The position numbers and the translations under genes are program-made. Below the pieces are notes generated by a model, which made no database searches, was not told the DNA's origin, and worked only from the letters and a program-made list of their open reading frames with translations. A DNA stretch of 39,043 nt from Shigella phage Sf6, in sequence record AF547987. One strand, given 5' to 3'. This document shows positions 20,341 through 30,718 of the stretch, piece by piece (within the stretch, counting starts at the first letter, position 1; every line of letters starts with the position of its first letter).

Positions 20341-20627
20341 GATTTACTCTCCACGAACTGGTCAATAGCCATGCTAAGTGACATACCTAAAGCTTCGATA
20401 TGCTGCTGAATATCCTGTAGCGTCCGTGCCTGAGATAACAGAATTTCACGGTTGCATAACTCTTTAACCAGATGCTCAAACTTGCTGTAATAACCGATAC
20501 GGCTTAGTGTTTCTTTCCCTGCATTCTCGCCTTCTTTGATAATTCCTCTTTCGCTAAGAATCAGATCGTGTTTGGTTCCGGTAATAACGTATTTTCCGAG
20601 GTCGATGTTTAGCTTCATTGTTTTCAT
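20337..20627 (-). CDS. hypothetical protein
   Basis: Start placed at internal ATG (MKTMKLNI...) preceded by GAGGAA and directly after the upstream stop; track ORF extends further upstream in overlap. Confidence 0.45.
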   Translation of the reverse strand: MKTMKLNIDLGKYVITGTKHDLILSERGIIKEGENAGKETLSRIGYYSKFEHLVKELCNREILLSQARTLQDIQQHIEALGMSLSMAIDQFVESKS

Positions 20628-20637
20628 TGTTAATTCC

Positions 20638-20934
20638 TCAGTCATTACTGATAGCGCCATAGCGTGAGCGGTAATTACGCAGGCGCGGGTCGATATATTC
20701 AGGGAAGTGGGTATATGTGGCTTTGCGGAATGGTCGGATTGATGTCTGGTAAATTCGCTCTCGTTCTTCTTTCTCTGCAAGCCATATACAGTGGCGAAAT
20801 TCCTTTTCCTCTTTCGTTTCCTGTTGTAGAGACATTATTCGATCGTAGTTTTTTCTGAATTTATCCAGCACCTCCGATACGGAATTGCCGGAACAGCGGC
20901 GCGGGTCATCCGCACCATACTGAGGCGCTGGCAT
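20638..20934 (-). CDS. hypothetical protein
   Basis: 98-aa ORF with strong AGGAGA RBS. Confidence 0.5.
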   Translation of the reverse strand: MPAPQYGADDPRRCSGNSVSEVLDKFRKNYDRIMSLQQETKEEKEFRHCIWLAEKEERERIYQTSIRPFRKATYTHFPEYIDPRLRNYRSRYGAISND

Positions 20935-20947
20935 GATTTTCTCCTGA

Positions 20948-21427
20948 TTAAATTGCGTGAATAGCGTGACGAGGGAAGGGGAGAGTTACTGGTTCCTCGT
21001 CTGGGTAGATAGGTTTGTTATGTTTGTGCCACTCGACATGACATGACTTGCAGAGCCACATCACATCGGTTGGTTTGCTGTAGTCGCAGTGGTGCGCCTG
21101 TGGTTTACATTCTGATCCGCAGCACTCACATTGTGGTGGTCGGATTAGCTTACCGTCGCGCAAAAAATTACCCACAATGATGTGGGCTTTTCTTTTCCAT
21201 GGGTTGCTCTGAATGAACCGCTTTTTGGCTGCGTTACACCGTTCTCTTCCGCGTTCCGATGATTGATATTCTCTCCTTGCTGATACTCGATGTGGCAATC
21301 CAGCGCGTTCTTTGTCGTATTCAGCCAGGCAAGCCCGGCAAGCGGCAGTTAATCCATCTCTGGATGCTCTTCTGATTTGAAAGTCCCTTTCTTCCTTCTG
21401 TTGATGGCATCTTGAGCAGATTTTCAT
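20948..21427 (-). CDS. HNH endonuclease
   Basis: 159-aa Cys/His-rich ORF with HHCDYSKP...WLCKSCHVEWH motif; AGGAG RBS. Confidence 0.6.
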   Translation of the reverse strand: MKICSRCHQQKEERDFQIRRASRDGLTAACRACLAEYDKERAGLPHRVSARREYQSSERGRERCNAAKKRFIQSNPWKRKAHIIVGNFLRDGKLIRPPQCECCGSECKPQAHHCDYSKPTDVMWLCKSCHVEWHKHNKPIYPDEEPVTLPFPRHAIHAI

Positions 21428-21436
21428 ATTCAGCTC

Positions 21437-21910
21437 CTAGAACGGAATATCCGAATCGTCGAAGTTCATAGGTGGTTCGCTGTGATTCCCATGCTGCTGA
21501 GATTGCTGTCTTTGTTGCTGGCCGTTATTTCGCTGAGGTGAAGACTGTTCATTGCCTCCTTGCTTGCCACCAAGCATTTGCATGGTTCCACCAACGCCTA
21601 CGATAACTTCGGTAGTGAACCTATCCTGTCCGCTTTGATCCTGCCATTTTCTTGTCCGCAATTTGCCTTCAAGATAAACCTCAGAGCCTTTTCGCAGATA
21701 TTCGCTGGCAATTTCTGCCAGTTTCCCGCTCATTACCACGCGGTGCCACTCCGTCTGCTCCTTTTGCTCTCCAGTTTGCTTATCACGCCATTGTTCTGAC
21801 GTAGCAACTGTAAGGTTTGCAAATGCCGTTCCTGATGGTGAATATCTGATTTCTGGATCATGCCCAAGGCGACCAATAATGATCACCTTATTTACGCCTC
21901 TGCTTGCCAT
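21437..21910 (-). CDS. ssb: single-stranded DNA-binding protein
   Basis: OB-fold SSB signature and the acidic C-terminal tail ending DDSDIPF. Confidence 0.9.
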   Translation of the reverse strand: MASRGVNKVIIIGRLGHDPEIRYSPSGTAFANLTVATSEQWRDKQTGEQKEQTEWHRVVMSGKLAEIASEYLRKGSEVYLEGKLRTRKWQDQSGQDRFTTEVIVGVGGTMQMLGGKQGGNEQSSPQRNNGQQQRQQSQQHGNHSEPPMNFDDSDIPF

Positions 21911-22618
21911 TTATGCCGCCTGTTTTAGCTCGTTAACTCTGATGTTCATTACCTGAACGCATTTAGCCTGCGCCTCCTCGTTGCCAGCCATTAATTGCCA
22001 GTCACGCTGATAACGCTCGATGAGTTTTTTCTTGTCAGTTTCTGTTGACGCATAATCGCTGAAGTCTTTCAGGATTTGCTCGCAGTCAACCGATGGAGAT
22101 TTCTGGTTGGTATTTTCTGGTGATGGTTTGTTATCTGATGCTGGGATTGCCCATCCCGGCAGCGATGGAGGGAGCCAGTAAAATCCTGTTCCATCCTTGA
22201 GTTTTGCCCTGTGCCATCCCTGCTTTTTATCGAGAGATGTTTGTGCGAAACCTTCCTCAAGGTTATACAGATACCGACCGATTCCCCACTGAACGGCAGC
22301 GCGCTTCATTGCACCGGAACGACCACCTTTTACGGCTTCTACCTGCGTGTTTTCAGCAGCATCCCATTTGGTTACCCATTCGGAATCAATCCTGATTGAT
22401 ATGCCGCATTCAACGCCTCCGTTGTTGGGAATATCGCGGTATTCATTGCGCCATCCTGCTTTGCCGCAAACATCGTCCAGGCGTTTCATGATTGCCCGGT
22501 TCGTGACATAAGCCAGCACCATAGCCCACACTTTGCCATCGCGTGTTTTACCGCTTTGCTGTATTCGCCATTCGATATCTTCAGGGCTGAATGGCTCATC
22601 GAATTTATTCAAATCCAT
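21911..22618 (-). CDS. Rad52-family single-strand annealing recombinase
   Basis: 235-aa ORF directly upstream of ssb; N-terminal region resembles Rad52/Sak-type annealing proteins. Confidence 0.55.
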   Translation of the reverse strand: MDLNKFDEPFSPEDIEWRIQQSGKTRDGKVWAMVLAYVTNRAIMKRLDDVCGKAGWRNEYRDIPNNGGVECGISIRIDSEWVTKWDAAENTQVEAVKGGRSGAMKRAAVQWGIGRYLYNLEEGFAQTSLDKKQGWHRAKLKDGTGFYWLPPSLPGWAIPASDNKPSPENTNQKSPSVDCEQILKDFSDYASTETDKKKLIERYQRDWQLMAGNEEAQAKCVQVMNIRVNELKQAA

Positions 22619-22626
22619 AATTCACC

Positions 22627-22797
22627 TCAGAATGGACACGGCCCAAGGAAATAACGCTGATTTAATACTTCGACTCGAGACAAATTAAGGCATACCCGCA
22701 TTCCTTCGCGGTCGCCATTATGGCGATACCAGAGAGCTTTCTGCGTGTACATGCGTCTCTGTAACTTGCTCTCCTTCACTGTGGTTGCAAGTGACAT
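22627..22797 (-). CDS. hypothetical small protein (about 56 aa)
   Basis: Hand-translated ORF with AAGGAG RBS, part of a chain of short overlapping ORFs; coordinates approximate. Confidence 0.25.
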   Translation of the reverse strand: MSLATTVKESKLQRRMYTQKALWYRHNGDREGMRVCLNLSRVEVLNQRYFLGPCPF

Positions 22798-23165
22798 GAA
22801 TATCTCCTTCGTTACCGATTAATTCTTTCATCTGACGAATGAATTCTTCGTCTGACCAGTTATCTGTAAAACTCATTTCCTGCGATACCACGGAAGGTTG
22901 ATAGCTGATTTCATCGCTTTATTTGCTTCAAGCCACATTTTGGAATCACCAATAAATCGGGCTATTACTGCTTTGTTCTGTGCAGCACGAAGCATCTGGT
23001 GATTGATGGCTATTTCATTGCGCATAATAAGACCTCAACTCTTTTCCATCCGTCACGTAATTTACGGGTGATTCGTTCAAGTAAAGATTCATTTAGTTGG
23101 AAGGCACCCATGCGAGCGCCTCCCGCGATTGCGTAAATCATGGGTGGTTCCTTATGTTGGTTTTA

Positions 23166-24134
23166 TTAGTAGGTTATTTTTGTTGCGAATACTTCGCCTT
23201 TTACGATGGCTGTTATGATATTTTTAGCAACATCTTCTGATGCGCCAACCTTGATAAGGTCAGCAAGTATTTTGTTATTTACTTCTTTCCGGTGAGCTTT
23301 ATCCTTTGCTCTGCGCTCTTCTTCGTCCTTGATTCTTTTTTCTTCTGCTATTCTGGCTTGCTCTTTTGCTTCAGCCTCGCGCCGGATTCGTTCAGCCTCC
23401 TCCTGTGCTTTTCGGCGTTCTGCTTCAATTGCCGCTTGCTTTTCTCTTTCAGCTCGTTCTGCTGCCTCTTTTGCTTCGCGCTGTGCTCGTTGCTCGGCTT
23501 CAATGCGTTCACGCTCTGCACGTTCCGCTGCGGCCTTAGCCTCTGCTTCTCGTCTTGCTGCTGCTTCAATTTCGGCTTTTGCCTTTGCTTCGGCTTCTGC
23601 TCTGGCTTTCTCTTCAGCTTCTCTTTTTAAGCGTTCTTCATGCTCTCGCTTTTCCTGCTCCGCTTTGAGTCTTGCCTCTTCTCTTTGGCGGTCAAACTCG
23701 CGATCCATCAAAATCGCTATTTCATGGTCAGACTCAATTTGCTTTGCGAGAGCTTCAGCTGCTGCCTTAGCTTCTTCTTCGGCTTTAATCCGTGCCTGTT
23801 CCTCCTCATAATCAGTAAGAGGCTGGCGCGCCTTGGCTTTCAGTTCATCAAGGCGATCGCGCACCGTCTTGCGGTTGGCATCAATTAGCTTTGGAATTTC
23901 CTTCAGTTCAGCAACAAGGTCTTTGCCAAGACCATCGAGATATGTTTTCGTCTGCGCAACTTTATACGCCAGAGAAGCGATCTCCTTTCTGCCCTTTGCC
24001 GTTGTGATATCAGGCACAAAGGACATAACTTCACGTTCAACCTTTTGGAGAATTTCTTCAATCTGGTCGGCAGACTGAAATACAGTCATTGCATTTGCTT
24101 TTTCAATAACAACTAAATCTGTTACTTCACTCAT
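23166..24134 (-). CDS. hypothetical coiled-coil protein (Glu/Ala/Arg/Lys-rich)
   Basis: Start at ATG 24134 with GGAGGA RBS (track ORF begins upstream); central approx. 150 residues are an EAKA/ERAE-type low-complexity helix. Confidence 0.55.
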   Translation of the reverse strand: MSEVTDLVVIEKANAMTVFQSADQIEEILQKVEREVMSFVPDITTAKGRKEIASLAYKVAQTKTYLDGLGKDLVAELKEIPKLIDANRKTVRDRLDELKAKARQPLTDYEEEQARIKAEEEAKAAAEALAKQIESDHEIAILMDREFDRQREEARLKAEQEKREHEERLKREAEEKARAEAEAKAKAEIEAAARREAEAKAAAERAERERIEAEQRAQREAKEAAERAEREKQAAIEAERRKAQEEAERIRREAEAKEQARIAEEKRIKDEEERRAKDKAHRKEVNNKILADLIKVGASEDVAKNIITAIVKGEVFATKITY

Positions 24135-24322
24135 ATATCCTCCGTCAAAAAAATTGCCCTCACACTGGAGGGCAAAGAAGATTTCCAATAATCAGAACAA
24201 GTCGGCTCCTGTTTAGTTACGAGCGACATTGCTCCGTGTATTCACTCGTTGGAATGAATACACAGTGCAGTGTTTATTCTCTTGTTTATGCTAAAAATAA
24301 AGGCAGACTATGCGGCCTGAAA

Positions 24323-24745
24323 TTACTTAACCAATGATGCCGCATATTCAATTAGGAATAACTTAGGCGCAATCCAAATCTTCAACCATTCGAAATTGAA
24401 GGCAATAATTAAAACACCCATAATTGAGCCAAATATAGGAACAAATACAGTGCATATATCGTAATAAACCGAAGATATAAAATGTCCATCATTTGGACGT
24501 CCATCGAAAGACGTCCATCTCTCGCCATTATTTCTTGCCGTTCTTGCAAAACTAGGAAGTTTAATTGCTGCAATTAAAAGCAACAATCCAGCCACTTGGA
24601 AAAGTGCGCTATGGACAAAACTCCATATTAGCAACTGATGAACAACATCAGGAATCTGTGCCTGGCTGAATGAAACAGCCGCGTCTATTCCATTACTGGC
24701 TTTTTGCAGTAGTTCTACGAGAATCTTGTTTGCTTGTTCTTCCAT
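24323..24745 (-). CDS. hypothetical inner-membrane protein
   Basis: 140-aa ORF with AAGGTGA RBS and at least two hydrophobic helices. Confidence 0.5.
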   Translation of the reverse strand: MEEQANKILVELLQKASNGIDAAVSFSQAQIPDVVHQLLIWSFVHSALFQVAGLLLLIAAIKLPSFARTARNNGERWTSFDGRPNDGHFISSVYYDICTVFVPIFGSIMGVLIIAFNFEWLKIWIAPKLFLIEYAASLVK

Positions 24746-24803
24746 ATATCACCTTGATTGTAATAAGCATGAAATTATTTACGGACAAAAATAAAGGCCA
24801 CCA

Positions 24804-25004
24804 TCAGGCAGCCTTGTTATTCTGTTTACCAAGTTCTCTGGCAATCATTGCCGTCGTTCGTATTGCCCATTTATCGACACATTTCCCATCTTCCATTACA
24901 GGAAACATTTCTTCAGGCTTAACCATGCATTCCGATTGCAGCTTGCATCCATTGCATCGCTTGAATTGTCCACACCATTGATTTTTATCAATAGTCGTAG
25001 TCAT
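24804..25004 (-). CDS. hypothetical protein (Cys-rich)
   Basis: 66-aa ORF in the early-left operon. Confidence 0.4.
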   Translation of the reverse strand: MTTTIDKNQWCGQFKRCNGCKLQSECMVKPEEMFPVMEDGKCVDKWAIRTTAMIARELGKQNNKAA

Positions 25005-25116
25005 AAGGGTAGTCCTGGTATTGTTCCATCACATCCTGAGGATGCTCTTCGAACTCTTCAAATTCTTCTTCCATATCTCACCTCAAATAAGTGGTTTGCT
25101 GCGAAAGTAAATACGC

Positions 25117-25266
25117 TTAAGTTACCTGTTATTTATCCCACCAAGTTCCGTATCTATCTATCCAGTTACACCAATCATCGACACTCCATTTTGTTGTGTC
25201 GCATTTTGGCAACTGGCATGAATATCTACCTTCTTTGTAAAGTCGGCGTTTGACTTTCTTGAGCAT
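25117..25266 (-). CDS. hypothetical small protein (about 49 aa)
   Basis: Hand-translated ORF immediately downstream of N with GAGGTG RBS; coordinates approximate. Confidence 0.3.
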
Positions 25267-25274
25267 GGCTCACC

Positions 25275-25607
25275 TCAATCGTAATAAGCTGGAATTGATT
25301 TTCCGCGTTGCTTCTGGCGGCCTGAGCAAGTCACACCCATTTCACAGCGTGGCTTGCTGTACCATGTGCGCTGATTCTTGCGCTCAATACGCTGCAGGTT
25401 GCTTTCAATCTGTTCGTGGTATTCAGCCAGCACCGTAAGGTCTATCGGATTCAGTGCGCTTTCTACTCGTGATTTCGGTTTGCGATTCAGCGAGAGAATA
25501 GGGCGGTTAACTGGTTTTGCGCTTACCCCAACTAACAGGGGATTTGCTGCTTTCCATTGAGCCTGTTTCTCTGCGCGACGTTCGCGGCGGCGTGTTTGTG
25601 CATCCAT
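25275..25607 (-). CDS. N: antitermination protein N (lambda type)
   Basis: Begins MDAQTRRRERRAEKQAQWKAAN, the arginine-rich boxB-binding motif of lambda N; AGGAGA RBS; nutL lies upstream. Confidence 0.9.
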   Translation of the reverse strand: MDAQTRRRERRAEKQAQWKAANPLLVGVSAKPVNRPILSLNRKPKSRVESALNPIDLTVLAEYHEQIESNLQRIERKNQRTWYSKPRCEMGVTCSGRQKQRGKSIPAYYD

Positions 25608-25875
25608 CTGGATTCTCCTGTCAGTTAGCTTTGGTGGTGTGGTGGCTGGTAGTCTAGCTCCAGCTTGTTGAGTCTCATTCGGAGGGGTATAACCGGCACC
25701 CCAGCGATTTTTCCATGCGACAACGTGCGCGTTATGGCGGCCTTATCGCCCGCGGCTCCCCATCTCGTCCACGCTATTGCTAGCGTTGGGAGCGCTTCAC
25801 CGCTCAACAGTAGGTAAGCACTTGCCAGTGACTAGCTGGCTTCACCACACCCCAAAGCCTTCTGCTTTGAATGCT

Positions 25876-25905
25876 GCCCTTCTTCAGGGCTTAATTTTTA
25901 AGAGC
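25876..25905 (-). promoter_or_regulatory. nutL (boxA-like plus boxB)
   Basis: Minus strand reads GCTCTTAAAAATTAA followed by GCCCTGAAGAAGGGC, the lambda nutL boxB hairpin. Confidence 0.8.
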
Positions 25906-25950
25906 CTCACCTTCATGGTGGTCAGTGCGTCCTGCTGATGGCTTAAAATT

Positions 25951-26018
25951 ACAAGAAAGATTGTATGTTGTAAACAAGAAATATTGTAAAAAGGGGCGTG
26001 AAAAACAAACTCCATTGT
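25951..26018. promoter_or_regulatory. OL operator cluster with pL (434-type 14-bp operators)
   Basis: Three ACAA-N6-TTGT sites at about 25951-25964, 25974-25987 and 26005-26018, the third reading ACAATGGAGTTTGT on the minus strand. Confidence 0.7.
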
Positions 26019-26067
26019 TTTTAAATGAAAAATAGTTTGTTTTTGGTTATCGAGATTGAGGTGGGGA

Positions 26068-26468
26068 TTACTGGTTGCAGGTTCCGACTACATCACCAAC
26101 AAATGATTTGGTTGATGTAAGTTGTTGCATACCTGGGATATTCATTACTTTGGAGTAAAGAGCTTTTTTGTCTGTAGTGATTGACCAAGTTTCAACGGTT
26201 ATTCCTCCTCCAGACTGGTATTCTCCTACCATAGTGTTCGATGACAAAGCAGTGTATTTCATCTCTGGATAGACGCCAGAAACTGATTCATAAACTGATG
26301 ATTTATCGCCATTTATTGTTACGTGGAAAACGGAATCTTCCGTGCTGTCTTTTGTAAACTCGTAACGATCGCCATTCATTGACCCGTACCCGTGCAGGTT
26401 TGTGACAATCCAGCATTCAGAATTGGCGCTGGTAGTTAAGAGTATTGAGAGTAGCGCCGCAATCCTGA

Positions 26469-26472
<4 letters not shown>
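26068..26472 (-). CDS. exported protein of unknown function, downstream of cI
   Basis: Start at ATG 26472 overlapping the cI stop (ATGA); N-terminal signal-peptide-like segment MIRIAALLSILLTTSANS; track ORF extends upstream in overlap with cI. Confidence 0.55.
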
Positions 26473-27419
<947 letters not shown>

Positions 27420-27427
27420 GACATTCC

Positions 27428-27459
27428 CGCTCTTACACATCCCAGCCCTGAAAAAGGGC
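27428..27459 (+). promoter_or_regulatory. nutR (boxA CGCTCTTAC plus boxB)
   Basis: CGCTCTTACA at 27428 followed by GCCCTGAAAAAGGGC at 27445-27459. Confidence 0.8.
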
Positions 27460-27538
27460 ATCAAATTAAACCACACCTATGGTGTATGCATTTATTTGCA
27501 TACATTCAATCAATTGTTATCTAAGGAAATACTTACAT

Positions 27539-27817
27539 ATGCAACTTACAAGTACTCGCAAGAAAGCGAATGCAATTACAAGCAACATCCTGAATCGAAT
27601 TGCTGTACGTGGTCAGCGAAAGGTTGCCGACGCGTTAGGGGTTAATGAATCGCAAATTTCGCGATGGAAAGACAGCTTCATCCCAAAAATGGGAATGCTT
27701 CTGGCTGTTCTTGAATGGGGTGTTGAAGACGAGGAGTTGGCGGAACTGGCTAAGAAAGTAGCCAGAATGCTGACAAAAGAAAAAGCCCCGAAGAACGGCG
27801 AATTCTTCGAGGCCTAA
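27539..27817 (+). CDS. cII: transcriptional activator CII
   Basis: 92-aa ORF with the SQISRWK...IPK..MLLAVLEWGV signature of lambda CII; AAGGAAAT RBS. Confidence 0.85.
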   Translation: MQLTSTRKKANAITSNILNRIAVRGQRKVADALGVNESQISRWKDSFIPKMGMLLAVLEWGVEDEELAELAKKVARMLTKEKAPKNGEFFEA

Positions 27818-27851
27818 TGTAGAAAGACTGGATCAATCCACGGGAGTAATT

Positions 27852-28013
27852 ATGACAAAACGTCGTAAGAAATACCAGGAAAAAGAAGAGATTCGACACC
27901 CTGATTCACCTGAGGGATTAGTGGTAGCCGCAGCAAATAACAGGGCGTTCGCAGAGCGCCTTGTTGGTGTTTACAGACTAGCCAAAGCAGGAGTGAAACA
28001 TGGGCGTCGTTAA
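27852..28013 (+). CDS. hypothetical small basic protein (53 aa)
   Basis: Hand-translated ORF between cII and the replication gene with GGGAG RBS; not in the track. Confidence 0.3.
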   Translation: MTKRRKKYQEKEEIRHPDSPEGLVVAAANNRAFAERLVGVYRLAKAGVKHGRR

Positions 28014-28890
28014 GTTAGCTGATTACAGGCATAACCCTGTACAACATCAGGAGGCATCCAGTATGGGGTATGTCTCTATACACCGCCAGTTTATGGACAG
28101 CAGGCTCTATAAGGACTCTCAGGCAGTACATCTTTGGCTTCACTTAATCCTCAAGGCTAATCACGAATCTACTGTCGTCAATACGGATATCGGTCCGATA
28201 ACTGTTGATCGCGGTCAGATGATAACTGGACGCCCGTCTCTGGTCAGAGAAACATTCATCCCCGACAACAAAGTTCGGAGCTTATTACGGACTTTTGAGT
28301 CGAAAGGGATGCTTAATATTTGCTCGATGGGGAAGAAATTTAGCCTGTTTACAATCGTTAAATATGACGATTTTCAGGCAAAAAATTGTCCAACGGTTGT
28401 CCAACGTTTGTCCAACGCAAACACCAGTAATGGCGCGGCTCTCAGCGGAGATTGTCCAACGGCTGTCCAACGGTTGTCCATAAACAATAATATAAATAAT
28501 ATCTCTAATACTGACGTATTAGAGAGTGCCACAGCAGACAAAAAGTCTGACAAGAAAAAACCTTCCGTTAGCTGTCAGGATGTTGTCGATGCTTACCACG
28601 AAATCCTTCCTGAAGCGCCAAGAATCCGCGCACTGAATGACAAGCGTAAAAACCAGATCCGAACGTTCTGGCGCAAAGCCGGAGTGATAACCCGCCAGCT
28701 TGACGGGCATGGGTTCACGATGCAGGACTGGAGAAATTATTTGAGCTACGTTGGCGAAAATTGCCGATGGATGTTCGAAGAGCGCCCAAACCATCAACGC
28801 GGAACCGTCTGGCACAAAAAGGGATTTGATTTCCTGCTTAACGATAATACCTACCTGAAAGTTCGTGAGGGTGAACACGATGACCGATAA
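28000..28890 (+). CDS. replication initiator / replisome organizer (O-like)
   Basis: 296-aa ORF upstream of and overlapping the helicase gene; N-terminal replisome-organizer-like domain; contains iterons in its middle. Confidence 0.75.
   Translation: MGVVKLADYRHNPVQHQEASSMGYVSIHRQFMDSRLYKDSQAVHLWLHLILKANHESTVVNTDIGPITVDRGQMITGRPSLVRETFIPDNKVRSLLRTFESKGMLNICSMGKKFSLFTIVKYDDFQAKNCPTVVQRLSNANTSNGAALSGDCPTAVQRLSINNNINNISNTDVLESATADKKSDKKKPSVSCQDVVDAYHEILPEAPRIRALNDKRKNQIRTFWRKAGVITRQLDGHGFTMQDWRNYLSYVGENCRWMFEERPNHQRGTVWHKKGFDFLLNDNTYLKVREGEHDDR
28386..28525. repeat. origin of replication: iterons plus AT-rich region
   Basis: Six copies of TGTCCAACG (with flanking TT/GG variations) in two blocks at about 28386-28418 and 28451-28481, followed by an AT-rich stretch to about 28525. 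Confidence 0.7.
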
Positions 28891-30316
28891 TTTTTATGCG
28901 CCGCCCCATAGCATCGAGGCAGAGCAGGCGGTGATTGGTGGATTGCTTCTGGATGATGACAGCAGTGAGCGCGTCCAGAAAGTTCTGGCGATGCTGAAGC
29001 CTGATTCATTTTACAGCCGACCACACAAAATCATTTTCGAAGAAATAACCAGAATGCACCGTGAGAAAAAGCCAGTAGATGGCCTGACGCTTTTCGATGA
29101 ACTGGAGCGTAAATCGTTAACGGCGTCTGTTGGCGGTTTTGCTTATATCGCTGAGATCGCAAAGAACACGCCAAGCGCAGCAAACATCGTTGCTTATGCA
29201 ATGCAGGTTCGCGAAACCGCAATGGAACGCTACGCCATCAACCGCATGACTGAAGCGACGGAATTGCTCTATTCCCGCAACGGAATGACTGCAACACAGA
29301 AGTACGAAGCTATTCAGTCGATTTTCACGCAACTGACAGACCATGCAAAAACCGGATCGCGTCGCGGCCTTCGCTCATTTGGTGAGGTCATGGAAGACTG
29401 GGTTAGCGACCTTGAGAAGCGATTTGACCCGTCAGGCGAACAACGAGGAATGAGCACAGGGATCCCATCGCTGGACAGGATGCTGTCACCGAAAGGTCTG
29501 GTGAAAGGCTCTCTGTTTGTCATTGGCGCTCGCCCTAAGATGGGGAAAACGACGCTATACAGCCAGATGGCAATCAACTGCGCAGTGCATGAGAAAAAGC
29601 CCGCTCTGATGTTCAGCCTTGAAATGCCCGGTGACCAGATACTGGAAAAACTGGTAGGACAGAAGTCAGGTGTTAACCCGAATATTTTTTACCTTCCGGC
29701 GACAAATGACGCTGATGACGGCTATCAGGGTGATTACGATGGTGACTTCAACAGGGCGATCGAAACAGCTAATCGCTTGAGTGAAATCGACATGCTTTAC
29801 ATCGACGACACGCCGGGATTATCTCTGGCTCAAATCGTCAGCGAAAGCCGTCGAATCAAGCGAGAAAAAGGATGTGTTGGCATGATTCTGGTCGATTACC
29901 TGACACTAATGACCGCTGAGAAGGCCGATCGCAACGACCTTGCTTACGGCATGATCACCAAAGGACTGAAGAACCTTGCCAAAGAGCTTGATTGCGTTGT
30001 TGTGCTTCTGACACAGCTTAACCGCGCACTGGAAAGCCGAACCAATAAACGCCCATTACCAAGTGACTCACGAGATACAGGGCAGATTGAACAGGATTGC
30101 GATTATTGGGTGGGGATCCATCGTGAAGGTGCTTTTGATGACAGTGTTCCACCTGGTGAAACCGAACTAATCCTTCGTCTCAATCGTCATGGCAATACCG
30201 GCACGGTGTATTGCATTCAGGCAAATGGCGCTATTTATGACACAGACCAACAGTCTGCTGAAATGCGCCGCCGTGAACGCGAGGAACCGCAGTCCAAGAA
30301 GAAAGGAGGATTCTGA
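28880..30316 (+). CDS. replicative DNA helicase (DnaB family)
   Basis: DnaB N-terminal motif PPHSIEAEQAVIGGLLLD and Walker A GARPKMGKTT; ATG at 28880 chosen over the track GTG at 28865. Confidence 0.9.
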   Translation: MTDNFYAPPHSIEAEQAVIGGLLLDDDSSERVQKVLAMLKPDSFYSRPHKIIFEEITRMHREKKPVDGLTLFDELERKSLTASVGGFAYIAEIAKNTPSAANIVAYAMQVRETAMERYAINRMTEATELLYSRNGMTATQKYEAIQSIFTQLTDHAKTGSRRGLRSFGEVMEDWVSDLEKRFDPSGEQRGMSTGIPSLDRMLSPKGLVKGSLFVIGARPKMGKTTLYSQMAINCAVHEKKPALMFSLEMPGDQILEKLVGQKSGVNPNIFYLPATNDADDGYQGDYDGDFNRAIETANRLSEIDMLYIDDTPGLSLAQIVSESRRIKREKGCVGMILVDYLTLMTAEKADRNDLAYGMITKGLKNLAKELDCVVVLLTQLNRALESRTNKRPLPSDSRDTGQIEQDCDYWVGIHREGAFDDSVPPGETELILRLNRHGNTGTVYCIQANGAIYDTDQQSAEMRRREREEPQSKKKGGF

Positions 30317-30344
30317 TGACCATCTACATAACTGAGCTAATAAC

Positions 30345-30376
30345 AGGCCTGCTGGTAATCGCAGGCCTTTTTATTT
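30345..30376 (+). terminator. intrinsic terminator after replication genes
   Basis: Perfect 8-bp stem AGGCCTGC-tggtaatc-GCAGGCCT followed by TTTTATTT. Confidence 0.75.
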
Positions 30377-30391
30377 GGGGGAGAGGGAAGT

Positions 30392-30718
30392 GTGGCTGAC
30401 TGGCAAATTCCAATCATCATTCTTGCCGGAGCTTCGCTGGTTGCTGGCTTTATCCTGCTGAAAAAGCATAAAGACCGTGATCAAAAAGTCGAAGTTCTCT
30501 ATGGGTATCCAGCGAACAGCACAACATGGCTGACCATTTACCACTACCGAAAATCAGGCCGCTGGGTATTCGAATGGGATGATCTGTTCGCTGAAAAGCG
30601 ACCAAAGTCATGGGGAGACATCAGCGAATGCATGATGTTCGAAGAAAGAAAATCCGGCGCAACTAGAGAAGAGTTTAACGAAGCGTGGGCGCGATTAAGT
30701 GAGAGAGGGTATTTGTGA
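30392..30718 (+). CDS. hypothetical protein with N-terminal transmembrane helix
   Basis: 108-aa ORF, GTG start preceded by GGGAGAGGGAAG. Confidence 0.45.
   Translation: MADWQIPIIILAGASLVAGFILLKKHKDRDQKVEVLYGYPANSTTWLTIYHYRKSGRWVFEWDDLFAEKRPKSWGDISECMMFEERKSGATREEFNEAWARLSERGYL

Noticed and set aside
23292-24078. Plus-strand track ORFs 23292-23630, 23329-23811, 23640-23888, 23833-24078 and minus 23348-23569
   Set aside because: Artefacts of the low-complexity repeat inside the minus-strand coiled-coil gene; Cys/Ser/Leu-rich nonsense
28386-28481. Direct repeats as a possible CRISPR array
   Set aside because: Contiguous 9-11 bp iterons without spacers, inside a replication gene; this is an origin
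30316-30399. 27-codon hydrophobic ORF after the helicase stop, apparently with an AAGGAGGA RBS
   Set aside because: The ORF consists mainly of a perfect terminator hairpin and the apparent RBS is helicase coding sequence
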